A DNA stretch of 64,000 bases from Chrysomallon squamiferum. Taxonomy: Eukaryota > Animalia > Mollusca. The translations under genes were made by a program, and so were the position numbers. The stretch spans positions 8,556,001 to 8,620,000 of the forward strand of contig CM022679.1 of assembly GCA_012295275.1 (NCBI GenBank), read 5' to 3'. Positions 11,725 to 24,758 of this stretch are shown piece after piece. A model generated the notes under the pieces. That model made no database searches. It was not told the DNA's origin and was given only the letters and a program-made list of their open reading frames with translations. The stretch's first letter is position 1; each line of letters starts with the position of its first letter.

Positions 11725-12101
11725 TAATCCTGGTGGCTATCAGTGGTTTAATTTGGTAAGTAATAAAACAAATATGCCTTCTGCAGAACTAAAATTTGAA
11801 AATAGAAGAATTTTACACATAATTTTTAATTGTGAACAAAAAAACAACAAAATAAAGAATTCAGTTAAAAATATCTGGGAGCCATCGTTTTTGTGTCCTG
11901 GTGTCAATGCATGAAGTTGAATTTAGTGTTGTTAAAGAAAATATTTTATTTTCTGCGAAATGTGAAAAAAATATATTTTTAAATAATTTGTTATATCAGG
12001 AAAATAATACACGAATATTTTACAAAAAGGTATCTAAAAATAAAGATTACTGAATACAATCAGTGGATCTGAAAAACTGGACAAAGGCATATATATATAC
12101 A

Positions 12102-12732
12102 CAGTGATACCTCATTTTAGCGGCCTCAGAGATGAGAGGTCACCTGCGATGTACGGACACTTTTACGTTTCCCGATTAATATTCACTAGATATGTCTTTT
12201 AGATCAGCGGTGGCGGAAAGCATTTTTTTAAAATTATTTTTCCACAGATAGTCATACCGATTTGGATTTGTTTTCGCCCATTTCCTGCTAACTTCAGTCG
12301 CCAAACGCCTGCACGCCAAACTGTACGAATTCAAACCATTTGGTACATAATTTTTATAATTTAAACATTCACCATCTTTCCACGCAGATTTATGTTCTGT
12401 AAACTCTTTTGAGATCGAAAACGTGGTGCTATCGGAGCTCTGTTTGGGTTTCAAACGCGATATATATACCTTATTATCAGTTTTAAATAGGTTTTATTTA
12501 CATCCATCAATGATGGAACAATATAGGAGAAAACCGTGATGTTTGCTACAGCAATGCCCCGGCCACGACGACTTATATTTGTTGTGGGTACTTGTGTCAT
12601 GGATGAAAATAAAGATTGTGAACATATTTTAAAATATCGTCTGTAGTTTTTGTCCCTCAGATACAGGACATCTGCAACGCAGAGACACTTTTGCTCGGCC
12701 TCATAGGTGTCCGTACAAGACAGGTACCAGTG
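12102..12732. mobile_element. Non-autonomous Tc1/mariner (pogo/Tigger-type) element, copy 1
   Basis: Imperfect TIRs CAGTGATACCTCATTTTAGCGGCC ... GTGTCCGTACAAGACAGGTACCAGTG followed by TA; subterminal GGACA(C/T) repeats. Same position as 18385-19085 in duplicate copy 2. Confidence 0.75.
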
Positions 12733-13622
12733 TATATAAAATTGTTTGTTCCGTATATACTAATTCATAAAGTCCTCGATAGGTTAATGAAAAACATACT
12801 TTGTAAGTATAAATCTTTGAGGGAAAAACATTTACTTGTTTCCGATGTGTTCAAAATTATTTATATTATTTTATATATATGTAAATTTTTATTTCAGTAT
12901 AAGTCCACATACAATCTATTTATTGTTGTCCATATTTGTTCATAGTAAACTGGAAAATCAGTTTATTGTTATTTATCCATGTGTCTTGAAGAATTAATTT
13001 TTTTTTTTTTATGTTTATTATTTTTTAAAATTATTTTTCATTCTTTCTTTCTTTATTATTACAGATAAGAAGTTATGACGAATGTCTTTGTATTTTACAA
13101 GGATTTTGAAAAAAAATTACTTCAGTGTATCTTCTCAAATGCCGAAATAAACATTGCAGTAGCTATTGTGTTTATTATTATCAAGTGTTTTTATGGAGGT
13201 ACTGGCGCTTTTTAGCGTAAACTTTTTATATATATTTATTTATATACAGATATGTGCGTGCGTGTGTGTGTGTGTGTGTGAGTCTGAGTTTGTGGGTGTA
13301 AAATATTCTGTATCCTTAAATTATACACTTACCTTTTCAGCATCAAGCTAACCTAAGATGCCTTGAGGCAAATTTTAAATATTAACCTTATTAGATGTCA
13401 CACACAATTTAACTATTTTGATGATATGAAAGTGAAACTATGGACGCCATTCTAAGCGCTGTTACAAGCTAATTAGCAAGAATATTTCTTTAACATTGCT
13501 TCGTATAGTCGAAAATAAAACAACACCAAAAAACAAACAAATACCGCAACATTTGATAAACCAGATCAAGTAGGTTAAAGTCTGTTTAGAAAACTAAATT
13601 TGAATCTTTGAACTGTTTACGC

Positions 13623-14103
13623 CAGTGCAACCTCGGGTTACGAACGCCTCGAAGTACGAACAGATCGGATTACCAATCCTGATCTTGGGCAATTTTTGTC
13701 TCGGTTTACGAATAATGTCCCGAGTTACGAACTACAGCGTCGCCCTACGACACATTTTCTGTTGACGTCAACATCTAGTAAAGCTATATATCATGAATTA
13801 GTCTTCGAAACGCAGTTGCAGCTCAATAGCTTTTGCATTGAGATTATGCGCTCGCATGTTTCAAAGTGTTGCTGCTTTTATGTGTATATTTTATAATTAT
13901 ACCCTATCCAATGTGGCGCCCAAGAAAACAAAAAGTGAAAGCGATAATGCTGGTGGAAAGTATAAACGTATCACACGCAGTAGAGGTTAAGAAAGAAATA
14001 ATTGCTAAACAATTCGTACGTCTGACATCACTTCGGCTTACGTACAATTCGGTCGACGAATCGAGTTCTGGAAGGAATTAAGTTCTAACCCGAGGTTCCA
14101 CTG
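13623..14103 (+). mobile_element. Internally deleted Tigger/pogo DNA transposon (481 bp) with a transposase N-terminus remnant
   Basis: TIRs CAGTGCAACCTCGGGTTACGAAC / GTTCTAACCCGAGGTTCCACTG; internal TACGAA repeats. Frameshifted remnant at about 13915-14010 reads APKKTKSESDNAGGKYKRIT../VEVKKEIIAK, typical of the CENP-B/Tigger N-terminal HTH. Confidence 0.85.
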
Positions 14104-14526
14104 TGTGTAGATTCATAGTTTCTGCATCGTAATGAAATTTGGAATGGATCTGAAATACTGCGAAGCCTGAACAATTTATCAACATATATTGATATTAAGG
14201 TATTGTATATTGTTGATACGAGAGAAAAAACAAAACACAAACACGCTATTACTCATCAAACAAGCTACCTGCAAAATACCATTCAACCTTTGTTAACTTT
14301 TTAAATTAATAATAACAAATACAATAACAACAATAATAATCAATGACCAGTAACTTTGTCGGATTCAGAATATCAAAGAAAAAAAATAAGAAGCATAATA
14401 AGAAAAAAATAGAACATCAGCAGTTGAAGTTTATTTTTTCTTTCTTTGTTTTTCTCCTTTTTTTATTTTTTTATTATTTTTTTTTTTTTGTGCTTTTATT
14501 GTTGTTGTTAACAAATTATCGGAAGG

Positions 14527-14569
<43 letters not shown>

Positions 14570-15399
14570 ATCCACCCCTTGGCAAGGTGAGCTAGATTTT
14601 AGTTGTGTATTTAGCTTCTGAAATCATACGTGAAAATTATCATAGCTGTAATATAGAAGACAAATAAACTATCAAAATTATTCTAAACAAATTGATTTTT
14701 TTAAATTATAATTGTCTTTCTAAATATTAAGAGACATATGCGTTTCGGTGTTCTATACGTACAGTTTGATTTTAGAAAAAAAAAAAAAAAAAAAAACTAC
14801 TACAAAAAATACGAAGATAGTATGAAATTTTCTATATAAAAGTTTTGAGGTGTTCTGGATCTAAATTTAAAGGAAAGCAATGATAATAGTTCACAGCTGT
14901 AATTATTTGAAGAATACTTTGTTAACATATGCTAATCTTTTCAATTCTGAAGTTCTTCAACATGTTTCTAACAAACCATTGCAAAGATGAATTATATAAC
15001 AGAGTTTTCAAATTAAGCCGGCGGTCGTTGCAATCTCCATCTACTACCCCCGCTACTTGCCTCTCACCACCAGTGTGTGTGTGGTTTTTGTCCATCCTAA
15101 AATCGTTTAAATATGACCTCATTTCGATATCCAGTCAAGAAATCACAAAATACTTGCGTCAGAAGTTTAGCGCGCCCAGACGTTTTAGTCATCACTCCAG
15201 TGGAAATGATTTTACACGGCAGTAGCAGTTGGAAATCTATGGAGCCTTTTTTTTTTATTATTATTATTATTATTTAATCAGAAAAAAAAAGTATTGAAAT
15301 TACATATATACAATGTATTAAAGATGAACGCTGTCGACCGGAATGTGAAGACGTGAAGTCGAACTACAACTCTTCAGAAGGAACATTACTTCGCTATAT

Positions 15400-15665
15400 C
15401 TTACTTTGTCGGCTTCCTGATGCACTTTGATGCTATCTCTTGTTTGCATTCAGTGAATGTTCTTGGAGTGTTGCTTTTGTAATTCACCTGCATCTATAGT
15501 TACTGCTTCCAGTGTCAGTGCAGTGTCTAAGGCTTGTTCATATGTCAAATCATCATTCTCAGCTAACAATCTCTCTTGAATGTGTTCATTTCAGAATACA
15601 CGCACTATCTTATCTCACAGGGTGTCATTCAGTGTTTCTCAAAATTTGCAAAATTCACTCCGTTT
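15400..15665 (-). mobile_element. Ty3/Gypsy LTR-retrotransposon gag remnant (pseudogenised)
   Basis: Minus-strand translation SEFCKF*ETLNDTL*DKIVRVF*NEHIQERLLAENDDLTYEQALDTALTLEAVTIDAGELQ matches the 'C.F...L...LRD..V.G.....IQ.RLL.E..LT...A...A..LEA' Gag pattern; in-frame TGA stops occur at expected R/G positions. Confidence 0.8.
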
Positions 15666-16090
15666 TTATCTGATCCGGTTTGTGAAATCGGTGCCGTTCC
15701 GGTGAAAAATGGTCTTTTAACCTTCTGCACAGGTTTTCTTTAGTCTTTTCCGCGGGAAGCGCAGTTGCAGTCAAATCACGCAAAATATATTCTTCCGCCG
15801 TTGAAACTCAATAACGCTGGAATGTTTTTTTTTTGTTTGTTTTTGTTTTTTAATCTTTTACACTATTCGCAATAATATACTGATCAAATGTTTGTACATT
15901 ATAGTAATTTCTGGAGCATCGACTGTTACCGTCAAGCATCGCTGTTATACATGTGCGTATTCTTTAAATTTTGGGGTGGTGTTGACAAAAGTAGCCGGCG
16001 CAGGATCCCCTAAAAGACGGTTTTTCGCCGTCCGCTGATTTCATGTGAAAGCCCTGTAAATATATGTATATTTGTTGATTAAAAACAGTC

Positions 16091-16135
<45 letters not shown>

Positions 16136-16535
16136 TTTAAAAAGAAATAAATAAATGTTTAGTTTCTAACCAGTAAAGTCTGAATTATATTACTTAAACT
16201 ACAGATATCTGTAATCTATATACAGTAGTGTTTATCTGGTATTTAAATAAAAACATGCTGTTTCTTATATTTTTATTTACATCAAAACATTCAGTAACAT
16301 TAAATGCACGTAGATTTTGTAACTGAAAAAGATGAAATAGTTTTTCCAGGAGAAAATGATTAGTCAAATTAAAAACTAGCTTCAGAAGCCTGTTAAATTG
16401 TACTTACCTCGGCAAAACTAGGTAAATATTAATAAACAAAACATCTGTTCATATTTTCCATGTTCAAATATACTAGCGTTGAGGTCTGTCTGTGTGTGTT
16501 TACATTTTCCATATATAAACAAAATTCTAGCTTGG

Positions 16536-16636
<101 letters not shown>

Positions 16637-17219
16637 TATAACACATCCAAGTCCGATGATATCATCTCAGATTAATGAAGGTGTTTATATTAACGCTATT
16701 TACGCAATGCGCAGACGATAATTTATCTTCGCGGAAAACAGTAGGTCGGTGGTTGTCATACATAACATAAACACCTCATACGTGTCATTTAAACGAAATG
16801 TTACCGTATACAGTCCGTTTCATTTGGAATATTTGAGTTATTTATAGCGTTTGTTTTGCACAAAATATGGAGGATAAAAAATAGGTTTGTTTAGTAATCT
16901 GTAAAGAGTTGTCCTACCTTTCTTTGTGGCTAATATTCCTATATACTGACTCCTAGGATTGGCTTAAAATTCGGAAAATAAATATTTAAAAAAATAAATA
17001 AATTATAACATCAAAACGCTTACAATGAAAGATCAGTATTGTTCTATAATATACACGCCCACAAACGATTATATATATCGACCTGATAGAAGATTTCTAT
17101 AAATTTCACAGTTTTAAGTGAGGGAACGGTCAAAAAATAACTGACAGGCGAAGTATGTCATAAAGTACAGTCCTCGAAGTAAATAGGTGAAAATATGTGA
17201 TAGCGGATTTCGTGTGCTG

Positions 17220-17227
17220 TATAAAAA
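17220..17227 (+). promoter_or_regulatory. TATA box of CBM-like gene B
   Basis: GCTGTATAAAAAGG with the TATA starting 63 nt upstream of the ATG; conserved with paralog A. Confidence 0.6.
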
Positions 17228-17282
17228 GGATACATGAATAAATATTTATCTGAAACATTGAAAATCAGCTTTTGTCGTAAAC

Positions 17283-17972
17283 ATGAATATTTTTCTCTTT
17301 ATATTGGCTGTTAGTATCGTACAAACAACTGGCATAACTATGAAAATTGAGGCAGAACAATATGCAGATATTCAAGGTTTTGGTCAAAGAATCATTCCTC
17401 GCTCTAATGCGAGCAACAAGTCAAATGTCCACTTGTTTCATGGAGACACGCTTGAAATATATTTTTGCCTGCCCGAAGACGATTTTGTCTCCATCGACGA
17501 CATTGCTTTCTCCAACGATGGCGGTGCGGACAATGTAACTATAGGACTTGATGGAAATCCAATCGCCATTTTACAGACTTGTGGACAGTGGGCTCGAGGC
17601 ATGTACTGGAACGTACTGGCTTCCAGTGGAGCAGTAGGAGAAAGTCAGGAACTGCCGTCCGGTGTTCATACCATCTCTGTTTATGATAGCGGTGACAAGT
17701 GGGGAGTTGAAATCGACTGCATCATTCTTAAACTTAAAAACATAAGTGACAACTCCAGTATTATTTGTAGCGAAGACGAATTAATTGAAAATGGAAGCGT
17801 TAAAAAACGTGGCAACGGAGTGAATACAGAACCAAGTGACCAGGTTTTCGCGGAATCCACAAACGAAGACTTTGTTGAAACAGGCTATCGACCATTAATT
17901 AAAAGAAATAAAGCAAAAGTTATGCCAAACGAAGATTCAGAGAGCGATTCAAAGGAAAGTGGCGAAATATAA
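17283..17972 (+). CDS. Intronless secreted protein, single CBM6/CBM35-like domain with acidic C-terminal extension, paralog B, 229 aa
   Basis: Signal peptide MNIFLFILAVSIVQTTG; KIEAEQY, FSNDG, SGVHTISV, WGVEID; about 70% identical to paralog A over the first 153 residues (manual alignment); 36 extra residues before the shared SGEI* ending. Confidence 0.85.
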   Translation: MNIFLFILAVSIVQTTGITMKIEAEQYADIQGFGQRIIPRSNASNKSNVHLFHGDTLEIYFCLPEDDFVSIDDIAFSNDGGADNVTIGLDGNPIAILQTCGQWARGMYWNVLASSGAVGESQELPSGVHTISVYDSGDKWGVEIDCIILKLKNISDNSSIICSEDELIENGSVKKRGNGVNTEPSDQVFAESTNEDFVETGYRPLIKRNKAKVMPNEDSESDSKESGEI

Positions 17973-18384
17973 TATTCCTGGTGCCTTTCATTGGTATAAT
18001 TCGGTAAGTAGTGAAAAAAAAAAAAAATTACTTTCTGTAGAACTGAAATTTGAAAACAAAGTTTTTAAAATTAAAGAATTTTATAAATCATTTTTAATTG
18101 CGAACAGAGTGTAACAAAATAAAGAATTCAGTTAAAAATATCTGGGCGGCATCGTTTTTGTGTCGTGATAACAATGCATGAAGTTAATTCTAGTGTTGTT
18201 AAAGAAAATATTTTATTTCAGTTAAAAAAAGAAATTAATTAACAAAATAAAAAAATATATTTTTTAAAAATTATTTGTTAAATCGAAAATAATACACGAA
18301 TATTTTACAAAAAACGTATGTAATAATAAAGATTATTAAATACTCTCAGTGATTCTGAAAAACTGGACAGCAGGCATATATGTA

Positions 18385-19085
18385 CAGTTATACCTCATTT
18401 TACCGGCCTCCGAGATGAGAGGCCACCTACGATGTACGGACACTTTTACGTTTCTCGATTAATATTCAGTAGATATGTCCCTTAGATCACCGGTCATTTG
18501 TTGAAAGCGGACGCGAAAATTATTTAAAAAAATTATTGTTCCACTGATAGTCATACCGATTTGGATTTGTTTTCTCCAAAACTGTACGGCAGTTTTATGT
18601 GCTATTTTTAAAAACAGCGTCGCCCATTTCCTGCTAATTTCAAACGCCAAACGCCTGCCCGCCAAAGTGAGCGAATTCAAACCATCTGCTACATAATTCT
18701 GATAATTCATCATCATTCCACGCAGATTTATGTTCTGTAAACTCTTTGAGATCGAAAAGATGGTGCTAATCGGAGCTCTAGTTGGGTTTCAAACGCGATA
18801 TATATACCTTACTATCAGTTTTAAACAGGTTTTATTTACATCCATCAATGAACTCGATAAATTTGCAATTGTATTTTAGGAGAAAACCGTGATGTTTGCT
18901 ATAGCAATGCCCCGGCCACGTCCATTTATGTTTGTTGTGGGTACTTGTGTCATGGATGTAAATAAAGATTGTGAATATGTTTAAAAATATGGTCTGTAAT
19001 TTTTGTCCCTCAGATACAGGACATCTACAACGCAGAGACACTTTTGCTCGGCCTCACAGGTGTCCGTACAAGACAGGTACCAGTG
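18385..19085. mobile_element. Non-autonomous Tc1/mariner (pogo/Tigger-type) element, copy 2
   Basis: TA|CAGTTATACCTCATTTTACCGGCC ... GTGTCCGTACAAGACAGGTACCAGTG|TA, with TA target duplication on both sides; same element and position as 12102-12732. Confidence 0.8.
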
Positions 19086-20360
19086 TATATAGAAATGTAT
19101 GTTCCGTATATACTATTTCATAAGTATAAAATCCTCGCTAGGTTAATGAAAGAAAATACTTTGTAAATATATAAAAACAAAAATTTAGTTGTTTCCCATA
19201 TAGTTATATAATTTTTACATAAATGCAAATTTTTATTTCAGCATATTTATTTACTTATTTATTTATTTATTTTGTTTATTGTTACAGATAAAACGATATG
19301 ACGAATGTGTGGGAATTTTACAACGATTTTGAAAAAAAATATACTCCAGTGTATCTTCTCAAATGCTGAAATAAAAATTGCAGTAGCTAATGTGTTAGTA
19401 TTTTATTTTATTATTATTATCGACAGCAATAGTTATTTAAATGATATAGTTTTTATATAAAGTGTTTTTATGGAGGTGTTGGCGTATTTCAGTATAAATT
19501 GTTTATATATATATTTATCTATATACTGATAGGTGTGCGAAGAATCATTTTCTTCGATTCCTTATTGCAACATTTCAACAAGAAATTAACAAATAACAAA
19601 AACTAATTTGTAAATACGCATTACTAATTAAACAGAGCTAATTTTTCATTATTAAATACATCATGATCCCATAATATAAATGAACTAATATTAAGTATTT
19701 ATTCTTGTAAAGAAAAAAGAATGACAAATGCATAATCTTTCAATGTATATATATGTGTCCGTGTGTCTTTGTGTGCGCATGCGTGCGTGTAGGTGTTTGG
19801 TTTAAATAATAATGAAAAAAAAAAAAAAAAAAAGGATAAATAAAATATTGTGTTTCATTAAATAATACACATACAGTTTTAGCATACAGCAACATTTGAT
19901 AAACTAAAAAAACGGATATACATCTATGAAACTGAAGAACGGAATCTGAATCTTTCGAGTATTTACTCCAGGCAAATATATAGATTTAAGCAGTTTCTAT
20001 ACCTGCGTGATATTTGGAATGGATTTTAAATACTGCAATGCCTGAACGACTTATCAACAAATACTGATAGTGATACTGTTTTGTATATTGTTGATACGAA
20101 AGAGAAAACCTTTATGTTAATCATGCACGCCATTATTCCGCAGACGAGCTACTTACAAAATGCCATTTAGTCTCTATTAAGCTTTTTAAAATAATAGTAA
20201 CAAATACAACGACGACGACGACAACGACAACAACAGCAATAATAATAATAACAATAACAACAACAACAATAGTAATAATCAGTGACTCTTAACATTGCCG
20301 GATATCAAAAAAAAACAAATTAAAAACAATGAATAATAATAAACAGAATATCATCAGTTG

Positions 20361-20398
<38 letters not shown>

Positions 20399-20568
20399 TT
20401 TTTAATTATTTTTACCAATTATAGTATAAGATCTGTTATGCAAGTAATTAGTTTTATGGTCCTTAAGAAAGAAAGAAATCTAGAATTATTAACTGTGCAG
20501 GACAAGACTGAGTAAAAGCAGGTCCCGAGAAAATTAATTTCAAAATGAAAGCAGTACTACCTAAATGT

Positions 20569-20625
<57 letters not shown>

Positions 20626-21042
20626 TTTATCCATGTTTACATAATGACAACAGGTGTGACTAATTTGTTTTTAAATTTTGTCGGGACACCACATTACCGC
20701 GAACAATGTTGCTATGATCTGGCAAGTGACTGAAAAAAAAGTTAAATGTTAATACCTTTTACATTTTATCATATCCACGATATCAAACTGAAATTTACAA
20801 AATAATTGTTTAACTTACTGCCATAAAATACGAATTGTATTAGTTGATAATGTCGAAATTGGACAAGAACTAGCTTTGAAAATTATCATAGTTATAGAAC
20901 AGAAGATAAAAAAACTGTTAAAATTAAAGCAAACTCATTTCTTAGTTATAATATTCTTTCTCAATATTATTAATTACTTGCGTTTCGGTGTTCTATATAT
21001 TTATATACAATTCGATTTAATAAATTATTATTATTATTATTA

Positions 21043-21081
<39 letters not shown>

Positions 21082-21149
21082 TTAATATAGCTAGCGGAAT
21101 AAATGTACTGGCGGTGTAATGTTACTTATTTTGCTCTAACGGAAAAATG

Positions 21150-21273
21150 CTATTATAATTTACCAGTTACGGAAAAAGCCGAACATCGAAGAAGCTGAAT
21201 ATCATTACTTTTTTTATCCAATGAATTTTGTAGGAAAGGATTTGTGCGAAACTGGTGTTTATGTCGTCCGATG
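21150..21273 (+). other. Probable first exon of the ACSL gene, ending in ATG|GTAAGT
   Basis: CpG-containing segment ending GTCGTCCGATG|GTAAGT (consensus donor). ATG 21271-21273 would join in phase 0 to the exon at 27606 (GAT TAT TTA ATG). The 5' boundary is a guess. Confidence 0.5.
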
Positions 21274-24200
21274 GTAAGTAAAGTGTGTTTACTAAAGTAG
21301 AATTTTATTTTGTCTTATTATTTGGATAAAAGCACGCCTCCTTTACTTGCAGGTATAAACTAATTTCTGGTTTCTCCTATCCAAATAATCTGTAATATTT
21401 TCAGTGAGAACTTATATAGTCTGAAAATTCGGTGAAAATAATTGGTAACGTGTATTATATTACCTGAAAGGTTTATATACACACACAATTCCACGTGGTT
21501 GGTGGTTTAAAAATGTTTTGAGAGTCATTTCATATGTGGATATTAAATAAGTTACCCAATATCAGTAAAATAACAGAAACCATATTATAAATGGAACGCG
21601 CAGGTTACATAAATGTTATCTTTTTCAATAACATATAACAATAATGATGCATTTCAAGGTTGTAATGATGTTTTAAAGCAAATAAAGGACATTGGTCTAC
21701 AATAACATTAACCTGATTAATGCATTTGTTATGATCGTATTGCAAAATATCAAAGTTCAGGTGATTCCAAACCACTGTCTGTTTATAAATTATGTCAGGT
21801 TTGATTGTAACAGTTTTAAACCAGTGAATGATCAGTCTTTAGCAAAAGACAGTTTCAGTAAGTTTCATTAAAACAAAATAAATAATAATACACTACAGAG
21901 CAACTACTTGCACATAAAATACATGATGTTATTACACATGCACTACTGGTAGAAATTAGTATTATTATTTCTTGAATGAAACTCAAAATAACTGTAATAA
22001 CAGGGTTTGGATTTTTTTTTTTTTTAAATCACAAGTTATTTTTGGCCACATTTAACATTGTTAGTACTCTCTTTTATGAACATCTCCAGCTCAAACCAGT
22101 ATATATATATATATATATATATCATTCAAACAACTGCTGTTCATCATAGACATGTGTTTCTACAACATGTTTTAAAAGAAAGAATATTTATGTTTTTATA
22201 AACCAGAAAAATAATGTAAAGGTTACATGAAAAAAACAATTTATTTTTCTATCATGTTATTGTGTTTATTTCAAATATGGAGTCTTTAGCACAGATAACT
22301 TTTCATGCAGCATCTGCCACAAATATATAGGATAGTACAAAAGGCAAAATGTGAGAAAACTCACTTTAATCAGGCTACAGGTGTGATGTTTAGCATAATA
22401 ATTATGTGTCTATGTACTTATTTTTGGGGAAAAAAATCTAAAATTATCAGAAAGATTAATTTTTTTATATATTTTTCTTAATGGTTGTGTCAAAAACAAA
22501 CCAAAAACCCCTACTTATCTCCTGAGATTTAAATTTTTTTTTGCTTAGTGTCAGACTGTGATTTGTTTTATTTTTTAATTGCAATACCCCACTCTCCTTA
22601 ACATAATATCTCAAGTAAATTTTTGCACAATTTTATCTTCTTTTTTACTTCTTCACATACATATAAATTGATTTATAGATTCAGTGAAAATCGGTGATTC
22701 ATAGCCATTAATAAAATATATTTTAATCCTGATTATCATGTTAAATGCTGCTGCTGTTAATTATAAAGATAAATATATAAATAAATAAAACATCCAAAGT
22801 GATACAGTAATAAATGTATTACCATACATAATTAATTATTGCTTTGCCACAAAAATATAACATATAACAACTTGCAGGAGTGTAGCAACATGAACAGGGA
22901 TTACAAATAGAGAAAGCTTTTATTTGTTCTTTGCTAATTCATTAAATCATATTTTTAAGAGAAATTTAAACAACACATAAAAAAAAAATTTTTTTTTTTA
23001 TTATTGTTACTAGATTCAGTTCTTTGGATGAGATAACAAGTAATTATATGTAGCAAGAAAAAAGAATACATCTGTATGAGAGTTCATGATTCAGCATTAT
23101 GTATATGACTAGTATATCATATATACTTAAAAAAATTATTATTATATTTTTTATTATTTTATTTTATTTTTTAAGTATTTTAAATAGACTTTAGTCTGGC
23201 TGCATTTTTTTGTGTGAAGTACGTGCTATTTAAACATCCTATTTATTCTTATTGTTAATTAATTAATTATACTACAGTAAAAATAATTAAACTAACAAAC
23301 TGTTACCTAACAAGATATGATGTCACATATGATCAATGCAAATAGTTTGGCCATGGTAACACAGGGTAACACCAATTTGTAAATAGGTATTTAAAAAAAA
23401 AAAAAAAAAAATGTCTATTCTAGCTTAAATTAAGAAGAAGTTCTAATGCATTTTCTTTCTCTTCCTATCAGCTGAAGTACAATTCAGACATTAAGACAAA
23501 TATTTCAGATAGGTTTGACAGATCAAAACTAGCATCAGTTTTCATAAATATTAATGCATGTTATAATTTTTTTTTTTATATATTTATATATATGTATATA
23601 TTTTAAAGTCTATTTACATAATTATGTGTAAATTTATGATTTTTTGTTGATCAGATATTAAAATGTTTACATACAGTTAATGCATTTATGTACCCATTTA
23701 TTGAATCAAGCTTGGATATTTGTAATTTTATGGTTTTATTTTAATTTATTTTTAAACATAAAATGAACTTCATTTAAGACAGTAAATTCATGAATGACCT
23801 TCATGTGTATTAATTAATTTTATCATGTTTTGAAAATGACACAAATATAGCATTATCTCTTCTACAGTGAAAACAATTGTGAGTAATATACTTGTTCATG
23901 ACCATGAGTAACAAGAGGCAGCTTGACCTTTGACACCTATCTGGTGATTTCAAAGTCTTTTTAACATTTTGTAACATATATACTACTAGCTATTCATTAC
24001 CTTTCAGTCCTGCTTAAGCTACATCATTAAATTTATTTTTTAAAGCACTCTATATATGTTGAATGTGCCTAAATAGCAAACAGACTTTCATTGAAAATAA
24101 ATCAGTAAGAAAAGACTCCTTGTCAGTAATTTAGGTAAGTGGGTATGAAGAATATCTGTTTATGTAGGTGGGATATAATGTTTAAATGAGTATTAAATGA

Positions 24201-24712
24201 GTATAAATGAATATTTAACAACATCTAAATTAATTTTTATTAGGTCTTTATCATAATATTCCTATATGCAATGATAACTTGAGAAAAGAAATGTTATCAA
24301 TCTATGGGCTACTTTTAAGTCACATGCTGCGGATCATTCATAGGCACACTTCACAGAGAAGATATATTACTTTTTCCTTTTTAATTAATTTATTTATTTT
24401 AACATTTAGGAAAATTTGCCTAATCACAATTTAATTTCATGTTAGTGAACTTCAGCAGTGAAATTTGTAGATGGACTACATTATTTTCTCTGCACGTGTG
24501 TGTGTGTGTGTGTGTGTGTTGTAATCATAAAATATGTAATTATGATAAATAACATTATCTGGCTTATGTTAGTAAAAACTGACATCAACATGTGACAGTA
24601 ACATCAGACAGCTTGATTATTTTAGTGCATAAACTACTTCATTTGAAATTAAATTCTCCATATTTGTCTTTTTTTTTTTTTTTTTTTCTATTCTGTTCTT
24701 ATTAATATGTTG

Positions 24713-24758
<46 letters not shown>

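Larger units (their letters stand above)
10630..14775 (+). repeat. Tandem duplication, copy 1 (contains CBM-like gene A)
   Basis: Colinear similarity to 15890-21020, from TTGTACAT.ATAGT.ATTTCTGG..CATCGACTGTTAC through the promoter, CDS, 3' region and shared Tc1/mariner element to GCGTTTCGGTGTTCTATA. Boundaries approximate. Confidence 0.85.

Noticed and set aside
12176-12454. 92-aa ORF, and the 85-aa counterpart at 18459-18716, as a conserved gene pair
   Set aside because: Both lie inside the duplicated non-autonomous Tc1/mariner element and differ by frame-changing indels; the similarity reflects DNA duplication.
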